A stretch of DNA of 64,000 nucleotides from Catajapyx aquilonaris. Its lineage: Eukaryota. The notes beneath the pieces are model-generated. The model was not told the DNA's origin. It did no database searches and was given only the letters and a program-made list of their open reading frames with translations. Positions within the stretch are counted from its first letter, which is position 1. Every line of letters begins with the position of its first letter. Both the position numbers and the translations under genes were made by a program. Below, piece by piece: positions 48,859 through 59,836 of this stretch. The stretch covers positions 62,001-126,000 of the forward strand of contig JYFJ02000049.1 in the NCBI GenBank assembly GCA_000934665.2, read 5' to 3'.

Positions 48859-51800
48859 CCCAGGCCCCCCTTTTCCGTTTTTGGGCAGCCCACGTGGCAA
48901 GAGTCCCCCTAAACACCCCCGCACACACTCACTGGAAATGAGGGGGTCCGATGACCCGCTGCCTGGGCTGTTTGGCACGCGACTAACTCACTCCGGACGC
49001 CCGACGACGACGCCTCCGACGCTCCCTCCCCCGAACCACGCATGAACAGACACTCCTTCCCTCCTCGCTCTCCACCGCCACCAGCTAGCTTCCACACAAC
49101 CTATACTCTTTTTCAGATCCGCTCCGGTGCAAGCTTGCAATTTGGACAGCTCCAGCCTAAAATTCCCCTCCACTTCAAGGTGAAAAGTGGCCCGACTGGA
49201 ATCTGCAAGTAGGCACATCCATCCATCTCCAGGAGGAAAAACCCCATTTTTACACTTCAGATCACTTCCACGTCCAAGGTGGCCGGAGAAAACTCTCGCG
49301 AATTTGGAGAGAACTTTGTTTGCATTGTTATGGCAGGGTTATTACCCATATTAGGCCGACAAGCTGGTTTAATTTTAAGGACGGCAGGGCCTGTATTGAG
49401 GCGCATCAGAGCACGAGATATTAAGCGACAGGAGTATAAACGAGGAGCAGGAAGGGACTAATATCGACCTGGACTTGACATACACGTAAGTTGGCGTTGG
49501 CGCCGAGGGACTATTAGGGCTGCTTAATAGGCGCCCTGGCTGCTCTGCCCAGATGAAAGGAGGCGGCACCCCCCACACCAACTGCGGACCAAAGAGAATT
49601 ATTCAGGCTCTTCCCAAATCACCTTATAACCTCTCTCTGAGGCGGGTGCAAGTAGAGCCTTTGGTTTGGCCACAGACGCCGCCTGATTCCCTCCTTAACC
49701 CATCCTTTGAGTCGCTTTACTTGGCTGTCAAAGGTAGTATACAGTATGGTGGGGATCCAAAGTTTATAGTCGGTGGAACGAGCGCACGGTGTGGTCAATC
49801 CCAGCAGGCGTAACGCACGCCGACCACACTTTACGGCCCGTAAAATGCAGCCGAGTTGCTGTCCCGGCCAGCACACTAGGTCAGGGGCACAATCGGCCAC
49901 ATCAAATCTAACCGCCATTTCATTCATGATGGGGACATCAGGACTCACTTAAGGTGCCTTTTTTTCCCACAGGTTAAGTCCGCAAGGAACCAGGAGTAGC
50001 CTACTTCACCTATAAGCAGCGAGGGATTAAACAAGCCTGCAATTCGCATTCAAATTGTAATCAAGTCATAAACAATATTTCATCCTCTACATCCTCTCCT
50101 GCAGATGGCAGATCCCAGCGATGCTAATTCCGAAATCTGTTGAAAACAAAACGCTAACTGTGTGCATTTAAGCTGCAAAGCAAAACAGATGAAGTCTGGA
50201 GTTGGAAGTATATTTTGGACAAATTGCGCGGATTTATGAATTCGGCTTGCTTGGTTGATCAAGTTCTAGACCGTTGGGGGCTCGAGTTAATCTCTGGGTT
50301 GTAAGTGACACCGATTCCCAAGGGGAAGGGTGTCCTCGCCAATTATTGGCAACCTGTGGCGCAAATTGTGCAGATCTTTCGTCCAGGAGGCAGCGGTGGC
50401 ACAAAATAATTGAGATTTCCGGCATGAAATATTGTAATTGCCATCGCATGTGGATGTAATTACTGAAAACATTCGAGAGAATAATTGGCCCCTTCGCAAT
50501 TGCCTGAGTCAGAAGGCACTTCAATAAAATATGCCGCAGTGGGAACGTGCAGAAGTTTACCGGGGATAAACAAGTCTCCGCCATTAATCACTTGCGAGGA
50601 TTATTTACGGCGGGAATAATTGTGGAATGCGGAAAGCTCATTAGCAAAGGAGCCTTGTTAGCCTGTGGTAGGTTCTACAAGCTTGGTAGTCACTCCCTCG
50701 ACTGCCAGGCCGTAGTCAAACCAAGATTAGGTGTTGGAAAATTCAGCATACAATATACGCCGTATTGGGCTGTGCAGCACGTGCAGTAACCTATAGAGCG
50801 GGCAGCGGAGATTAACAAAATTCATGGTTTCCTTCATTGAACAAAGCACGGTAATACATATTCATTTGGCCATTGATTTTTGTGGCAAGGGTACTGAAAG
50901 ACTCGAGCGCAACCCTATTGTGGTCGATTACCATGCCGTATACAATAAAACATGCACTCTACCACCGTCCTCTGCAGTAATCCGTTTTAAAATCAACACA
51001 ATGTACAAGTGCAGTACATACATGCCAACATGCGTGCGTCTATAGTTTACAATAATATTCTTGTTCTACATATACTGGCCAACATTTCATTGCGTCTACA
51101 GTATATGAACTTAAATAATACAATATTCTTTGTGGAAATGCCACGTGCATCACTCTGTATTCTATTTACGCACCGTTTTACTCGTGTGCTACAACAATAA
51201 TTCTTGGTCTGAGAACCGCAATAAAATATCATCACGCCATAGCTGGTTAACGCAAGCCCTCCCCTATCAGCACCACTTTGACCCAAGCAGGAGTAAGGGC
51301 ATGAAAAAGTATCGCACTAAAACTTGCAAACATTACTCCTCATTTTCATAGGCTTCCCTCAGCAAGGCACTCCTGGGAAAAATCTGCTCCTAATGGCCGA
51401 AAAATAATAATCCGGTAAGATAAGCCACAATCTTGGCGGCGAAAAACCTGAGGCCTAATTACGCATATTTGAACTTACGAGGCCAATCCACAGGCGAGGA
51501 GGGAAATTGGGCGATTTTTTAACATTAGCGCTCGGTGGGAATGGCCATGAATAATCCCGGACTCTTTTCCTCCTATCCCTCCCTACTATTAGCAGCAGGC
51601 ATCTAGTCCCGGCAGAGCCATCCCATTAGGCCCCCCGCAAAAGGGCTGGTAGGTGGTGAGGGTGCCATGTGCAACCATATATAGGCTAGGGAGGGTATAA
51701 AAAGAGCCTCATTCAACCGCGACCTCAGCATCATCCCTCACGGATTAAACTTATGCATTTTCAGGGGAGGGGCGCCCTCACCTGACCTTATGCGCGGAGG

Positions 51801-52669
51801 CCTACTTTATTTTTCTTAAAGCCCGACGTGCTTCCGAATTAGGGTGCTTTCTATCTCCATTTCCGACGCCCAGATGTGACACGTCGCTCACGCCTCTCTG
51901 TCCAATAAAGATGACGACGTGGCTCTCTTGTGCCTCTTGGCTTCGGATAGAAAGTGAATTTCTAACGTGAAGTTACTGCAATCTGCACAGGGTGATGCAA
52001 AAAAAAACAACCTCACATTCAAAATTCATATCAAACCAGTCGAAAGCAATTACCTATCTGTTTGCCGCATTTGGACATGATATAAGTGTGCGTGTGCTGT
52101 AATTAAATTTTGCTACAGAAGCGTGCTATAGCTTCCGGTAATGAAGCAATAAATCACACCGATTCCCTTGAACATTAGGAACAAAAAAAACCCGGGTGTT
52201 GATATCAACCCGACTTTTCACCTCAGGGCCCCCTCGGAAAAAGTGCTGAAGCGTGGAAAAAACTGGAAGAAATCTCCGCAATGTTTATGGCTTCATTCTC
52301 CTTTTTTTCTCTCTCTCCTTCTCTCTCCTTCGGCTCTTTTCTTCCGAAGAAGTTATAGGACCGGTGGGAAATACTTTTCTTCATTCAATTATAAGGCGCC
52401 AGGCCTGATCGCAGTGTCCTATCCCAAGTTTCGTTTCCTCCCTGGACGCGAGTTTCCTTGCCTTCTATACCCCCCTCCTATCCAACCCCCCCCCCCCCTC
52501 TAGCTGGCAGACTATTCAATTTGGAGTCACCCCGGGAGCAAAGGCGGCGGCTGACGCGCTGACGACACGTCACCAACAGGCCTCGCCACCACAAGGTGCG
52601 CCACCAATTTTCCCAGCCCAATTTTCCCTCTGCCTTCTGAGGAATAGGGGAAGAGGAGCCAGCTTCCCC

Positions 52670-52711
52670 GAGAGAGAGAGCTGAGAGAGAGAGAGAGAAG
52701 AGACTCTCTCT
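52670..52711 (+). repeat. Compound (GA)n tract
   Basis: (GA)5G-ct-(GA)8-agaga-ctctctct. Confidence 0.85.
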
Positions 52712-55529
52712 GGCAGCAGACTCCTCTCACAATACATACGCTGCCTGGCTTGCTAGATTCGGATTAACTCTATACTCCGCATGTTGTGCTGCCAAATGTC
52801 CACAATGCAACAAATCCACTCTGCGAGACACCATGTGGAAACCTAAAAGGGTTTCCAGAGTATATATGCAGGGGAAAAGGCTGCACCTCCAGTGAAATAT
52901 TATAATTTTGTACTTGGTGCACCTTGCAGTATTGTCAATCGGATATTTTTAATGTGAAATGTTTTTCTGATTTATTCTGATTTATGTATTCCATGTGGAT
53001 GCATTGTGCACAAGGTGCAATGAATTCAAATTTTGCCATTAAGTGCCAAATGTAACCTGATCATACAGTAGCATACTAAACCAGTACATTCCCCTTCCCC
53101 ATTTTGATGTAAAATGTCCATATGCACTATATAGGTCTGTACTACATGTCGGACAAAACACGCACTTCATGCAGGGAGGGTTTGAAATGCTGGTTATGGT
53201 CTAGAAAATCAGGGGGGGACTAGCTTATGTTTAGCTGGGATGAAATTTCCGTTGCACGGCGTCGATTCCCTGGCACCCCTTTTCCCTTTCGCAGGTCAAA
53301 TAATGAAGTCCAAACAAAAGGGAAAGAGGAGGGAATATGGGGCCGCAAATTTACCCGCCGCGAGGGGGTGCCCAGCATATGCGGCCAACTCTGGGAGCTG
53401 CAGGTCCTGTTCCGACATCACTAGAAACACCGGCCAGGAAATGAAGTGTCGGTGATGACCATGATTTAAAAAAATATTTACTTCTTAGTAGGCCCTGTCA
53501 GCTTATTACTGCACTATGTTAATCTAACGTGATGCAGACGCCTATTGTTGCACCGAAGCTTACCATTGGCTTGTCCTGATGTACGGTATATATATTATTA
53601 TATTACCTGCCACCATGTTTGTTGCATGCAAAGCAAAATGTACTACAAGAAAGCCAATCGTTCGAAAAGCAACCCTCGACATGTTTCCCCTGCCAATAAA
53701 TCAATTAATTGATTACTTACGAGTTAGAAGAGCTTGCAATATAATGTTCCAAGTAAATGTTTCAGTTCACACGTTGGCGCTGAATATCTTGTGCCATTTT
53801 TTTGCAATTTTTGAAACCGTCTCTGCTCGCTTATATTGTCCACACAGTCTACATTGTACTATATTTCTACACTATAGTTGTACATTGAAATCCCAATTTT
53901 AAATGCCGCACCAAGGAGGGAGAACAAACAAGCCGGCGCCACACGGCACGATATTATAGCGCATAGTCCCCATATTGTTTAAATAACAGTTTATATCCTG
54001 GACGCATGCAGCAGCTGAGTGGCATATAAATACAATTTGCATAACACCGATGCTGCTGCTGCATTCATGCATAGTGCGACCATACCGTTTTAAAAAGCAA
54101 TGTCTCTCCGCCCGCACATGGCCAACTCGTAAACACATTATCAAAAACCTCAAAAGTGAACAGGTATAGGAATTAATCGATCGGATCCAGCATTAATGTC
54201 ATGTAGTCTCAATTAGTTTAACTGTTATGCCCCTGCGGGTTTCGCTTGTCAGGCTTCATAACATCCAGATTTGTCAGAATTAAACCCATTAAACAGTTAT
54301 GGTTTGGAAGCGACAATAATATTCCCAGCAAACCGGCGCCATAAAGATGGCATCTCCCATGTACTCGCAGCCACGCATATTTTCAGTTCCGCCGAGTTCA
54401 GCACTGCATGTCCAACTTGTTCACAGCAGGATTTTTTTTAACTCTTTTTTGGGGGGACATAATCCGACCAACCCCTGCTAAAAAACTCTTTCTCCCAGTC
54501 AACATGCTTTTTGGCTTGATTCCACGCCACGCGATGGCCAGAAAAGTCGGTGGACTGTGGAGGTTTTTGCTGCATTGTCCCCTTTTTGCAAGCGTGGTCA
54601 TGTGGCGGAACGAGAAGCACGCGCCGATTGCATTCCGCCGAATTATCCATCGCAGGTGACCGTCACTTTTCAACGCTCCATGGGACACTAGTAAAAAAAA
54701 ATACCTGAACGTTGGGAAGGAAACACTCCCTATAGCCTTGCTGGATGCTGCATTCCTACTGCTGCTGGAGCGGAAAACGGGCCCCAGAGACGTAAGATGG
54801 CTTTGATGGAGACTCGTGAAGACTGTACCCTACCTCCCTTCGCCTTCCCTCCCCTTGAGGCCTATCTCTGCAAATGCGCGCCGCTGACAGGATGATAAAG
54901 AAAAGCGTCTCCTCGTCGCTTCCGACGCCCTGCCCTCAGCCTTTGTCCCTCCCCAGAAGTGGTGTCGCGAGGTCGAATGCACTCCTCCATTGTCTTGTCA
55001 CACTCTGTACCTTATGTCGCCAAAGACAGAGTCCTTCTGGTTCGGATGATAAGGAAGAGGGGGAGAGTGTCACAACCATACGCGGACAAGGACAATAATG
55101 CATTTGGCAAAACCTGTGCAGATCCTATAAGGCTTAATACAGTGAACACACGGAAAAAAAATGGAATGGTCAGGAATGTGTCCCACAGGAGATATGCAAA
55201 AGAAGTGTCCACAACAATTTTGCCGATGGTACGTCCGAATGTCCCAGGAGGAAAGGCTAGGTCGGGAACAAAATATTGGCTGGCACGATTGAAAAGCGGT
55301 ATTTGAAGCACAAACACGACAGTGAGGTCTCGACCTCAAATGTGATTGAATAGGCGTATAATGAAAATGCGCTGCATCCCGGAGGCGGCAGTTGTTTGGG
55401 GAGGGGGGGAATACTGTATATGCAAATAGGGGCATGGTACCTTTAAACTATGACGTCAAAATAGTGTGATATATATGGTAAATTACAACGTCCTCTGTCG
55501 CATAACATGTGGCCATTATTAAATCCCAA

Positions 55530-55545
55530 CAGGGTGTTCCAGTAA
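55530..55545 (+). mobile_element. Tc1/mariner-type terminus
   Basis: CAGGGTGTTCCAGTAA; first 12 nt identical to the reverse complement of 58042-58053. Confidence 0.45.
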
Positions 55546-57266
55546 CTGCTGTCCAAAATACATTAAAAGAGCCTGGTTTTGATAATGACCTACTATTTTG
55601 AGTGATGAGTCACACAAACGTACATTTGCACATGTTTTTGACCACTTACCATAGGCTACCTAGATGTGGAGTACAGAATGTAACTGCTATATACACTTCT
55701 GACGCGTCTACACAATACATTGAAACATGCACGTGGTACCTATACGCATCATTAGGCCTCACATCTTCAGCAGCTGGTATAAGCCCGAATAATTTTTTTT
55801 GAGCATTTGAAAGAAGGTCGTATCTTAGCAGCCGCTGCGCTGGAGCCTCACGACACAAGCTGTTTGGCACGAAGAAGGGGGGACGACTACTGAGGAAATA
55901 TTCTAATAAGGCCAAGCCCTCATAGCGTCAAAGGTTGTGTGCCGCCGCAACAAACAGCGTCGCGGCGCCCCAGAGGTCATTAGGGGACACCATCCCAATA
56001 AAGGGCACAATAAGGAGAATTGCATCACCACCGCCCGCCGCCTCCATCCCAGGATAAATAATCATTTATCCGTACCTCAAGGCCCAGTCAGCATCGCACG
56101 TGGCCTGATTAGTGCGCTGTCCTCCAGTTCTGGCCCTCCATGGTCCACCCCACTGTGCTAATGCGCCATGTGTACCAATTTTGCTGGTGGAGGAAGCGAA
56201 TATTATTACTTGCGCGGGGCATCTCTATGCAAATAGCCGCTCTAGCCTCATTAGTGGCTGACTGTCGCCGACCCGTCCATTTGCGTTTGTATCGCGGACA
56301 TGCCGAGTTTCAAAACGGCCCGAATGTATGCCCACGCGTGTTCAGAATATTCAAGCACGTCAGTGTGATGCTGCTTGGCTCTTCCCCCAGCTCTAATTAC
56401 TTGTAGAATAGTGGAAGTAATTCCAATCATGACGAGGGGGTGCCCTATATGCTTTTTGGATGCACGCAGCAGCCATGCCTCTGCCTTTGAAAAGGACACA
56501 CAAGACCGTGACTGTCAGCCTGTGGTTCATTTTACCAAAGCGGAGATTCGTGTTACCTGCTTGCACAACCGAAACGCCTATAGGCACAGTACATGTGAAG
56601 TCGGAGATCTGAACATGTTTGGAAACGTCAGATATTCCTGCTACTGGGAGACCCCGGGAGCAAAAGCTCAGACACTGGAATTAAGGTAATGAAATTCAAA
56701 TGAAGAGACGGAGAGGGGGAGGGAGGGATGACGCAACACACGCTAATCCGCGACACTTTTCAAACCTCAAATTGAGCTCGGAGGTAAGCCTTTACCGCCC
56801 TTTAATCTCCAAGATCTAATAAAGTCTTGGTTGTTTGGAAATGCCCCGAGCTAAGTGGCTCAAAGCGAGACTTGGAGCCCTTCAATTTGCGGCCTGCAGG
56901 GAGCCCCCTTTGTGGAGCTGACCGTTCCGGAGCGGAACTACTTGTCAACTTGCTGGGAAATTCCGCTCCGGAGTTCAATCCGTCACTGTCCCTTTCCGGT
57001 AATTACCTTTCCCGTCTCTCATCTTCAACCCTTGCACCGCACTGCCTCACTGGCCAAAGGATTTTTAAAGCAGATAGATTAAAGGCTGCCTGCCTGCTGG
57101 AGGGAAAGGGTCAAACCAGCTGTTAGTACAGCTCTAAATGAACTCAGAATCCTCGTCCATATACCGGTATGCACTAGTATTTGCATAGGTGAGTAACCAG
57201 AGCTCTATGCACTCAGGCTGCAACAGGGACAGTCATACCCTGATGTTGAAGTAGGTTGGTTCATAG

Positions 57267-57279
57267 AGGTCAGTGACCT
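57267..57279. promoter_or_regulatory. Perfect IR1 nuclear-receptor palindrome (EcR/USP-type ecdysone response element)
   Basis: AGGTCA-G-TGACCT; both half-sites are perfect. Confidence 0.5.
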
Positions 57280-58037
57280 TACTCTATACATCACATACAC
57301 AACATATAGTATGAGGATTACTCCCAACTCTCAAGCTTTTGTCTCAGCTCAAATTTTTTTTGGAGAGGGAGTGTGCTGATCAGGCGTTTCGATCCAATAG
57401 CCTATTACTGTCTTTTGAAATGGCTTCTGCTCCCTCGTAAAGTTTTAACTTGGCCTCATAATTGATAAGTTTTCGTCCCCGGGGTGCGATCTGTCGCACT
57501 TATCAGGGGCGGGGAAAAGCAATCCGGGTCTTATCGGGCACCGGCACCTGTCATCCGCATCCTCTCTCGTCTGCTGGTCCGCATTGCCCGGCTGCACTAA
57601 AAAAGGGACCCGAGGAAGAGCACATTTCAAGTTCATCCCCTTCCACCATTTATGTGTGCAATACACTCACGCATATCATTCAGAAACTCACACTCGCCGA
57701 GCACGATTATGATTTCAACGATGGAAAGTTTCCGTGCAATCCCTGCCGAGTGGATTCCCACTGCTAATTTTCCGGGGGCTTTGATGGAAACTCCGGGGGT
57801 CTCTCTTCTTGCCCATTTCTCCCCGGTGGGAATCATCTTATCCCATACAATGGCATTTCCACCCTTACTGGAATTAGGCGCTTCCATTGGTCAGGCAGCC
57901 AGTGGAAGGGAATGAGCTCCTAAGAACCATTCGATCAGCTGGAAAATCACATCTTTCCATTTACTGGCTATATCACTACACTATTGTAATAATGTATGTA
58001 GAATGTAGCGATTCCCTGCGCATTTTTTTCTCTCGAT

Positions 58038-58055
58038 ATAATGGAACACCCTGTA
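58038..58055 (-). mobile_element. Tc1/mariner-type terminus
   Basis: Reverse complement TACAGGGTGTTCCATTAT. Confidence 0.45.
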
Positions 58056-59820
58056 TGTGCTTGATATACACACGCACCCAGTGCTTCCTTTTACTCCTTC
58101 CCTTTTTCTTCCCGGTTTCTTCAGGTCTTCCTTGCTTTCCCCTAGGAATATCGACCCGAACTCCCAGCATCCCACTCAAGAATGGAGCTTCGGCTGCTCC
58201 AGCACCGCGCTGCTGTTATTCTGCAGATTTACGTGGAAATGTCGCTCTGGTCTGGATAATTCCTCTCTGAGAACCAACATTTTGCCGTCAATTGCCGAAA
58301 TGCCTCTCCTTAAGTGGAGAAGCAAACAATGTCGAGCGGGACAAAAGAAAAGGCGGCCGGGCGGAAGTAGCATAATAGTTTCTATGCCTTTATGTGCCTC
58401 GCCAAAACCAGCCAGAGAGGTGCGACAACCGGCGGCACATAACTGAACAATTATTTTTTGCACTTGTGCCCCTTTTGTAGATCTCGTTCAATAACCTCCA
58501 AACCTCGGACTCTTCTGCCAGTGCAAATAGCTTTCCGATGAAGGAAGATGGTTAAAAAAAAGGAAAGCCGTTGGGACCTGCAATTTTTTCTCTCCAGAGA
58601 CGACGAGCAATTTGAAAGACGTTAGCGAGCTAGGAAATGGCATGCATTAAACTCGTTGCCCACCAGTAGCTCGTATTTACTGCTGCGCCATTTCCTGGAA
58701 CAACTCCAGTTAAATGTTCTGTGGATGAATTTGGAATTAAGTTCAGCTGGCAGTTATGGCAGCACTTGCACACACACCACACACACAAAAAAGCAGCAGT
58801 ATAATGCAGTCAGTTGGTGCTCACATTGATCGACTAAAACTTTGTCCCAACCTACTCGCCCCTGATCGGAAAACTTACCCCAGAATTTTGCGGTTTCCGG
58901 GCCACACGACACCGCGATTACTCGTGTCAATATTTACGTCGGCAAACCCTCGACGATGAATCAGTGGTGCGTCGACTAGGCGCCGAAAGGTAACCCATTC
59001 AGAGGCCACCACCATGATTCACCAAAACTTGACCACTTTCGCAAAAGAAGGTTGCCGTGTACACTCCCACGGATGCACAATCCCTAATAATAAGCATGCA
59101 AATCGCGCCGCGGATTAATAATGAATTAATGCCAAGGCAGTAAGAGTATTGATTTCCAATGGCGCCCAGCTCAGCTAGAAGAATGGTCACCCCAGCAGCT
59201 AAAGGATGGTGCGACATGTGGCGCCTTTCACAATATTATCTCAACATAAAATGTCGCCCAACGAAAAGGTCGTTCCACTCGTCACATTAAACATAGATTG
59301 TTATTCAGCAAAGTTACACAATATACGGCGGATGTATTTCGGTCGTTCGGTGTATTTTTGGTCGCAACTAAGGTCGATATCCGTCGGAAGTCGAACCCTC
59401 GCAGGACAAACATCCCCGTTCATTGCACCCTAATCGCGGTCCAGGGCTGCTGGCTGCATCCAGCAGGACGGTTAGATCTGGCTAACTAACCTTGCCGCAC
59501 TCTTTTTCTTTCCGATGGCATACTGGGGACTTTGCCCATTCACCGGGGCCCCATTTGCGGGTACCAATCTCCGACCGACTCACATGCACTGCCCAGAAGG
59601 GAACACTTCTCCCGGATTCACCATCGTTTCTTGTGTCCATCGCCCTTGTCTTCGTTTACACGTGTTACAACGTACCTTGCAGTTAGAACAAGGTGGGGCG
59701 ATAGGTAGGGCAATTTTGGGTGGGAATGAATCGTTACTGAGCTCCGGTTCACGGTCTGCATTTTAAAGGAACTAACAGAGAGCAGAATCGAGGGGAAAAT
59801 AGTTAAATTCCGGAGGATTC

Positions 59821-59836
59821 GTTGAATCACCCTGTA
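59821..59836 (-). mobile_element. Solo Tc1/mariner-type terminus
   Basis: Reverse complement TACAGGGTGATTCAAC. Confidence 0.4.

Noticed and set aside
49117..49179. Possible 63-nt plus-strand exon (IRSGASLQFGQLQPKIPLHFK)
   Set aside because: Weak donor (GTGAAA), unrecognisable peptide, and no partner exons.
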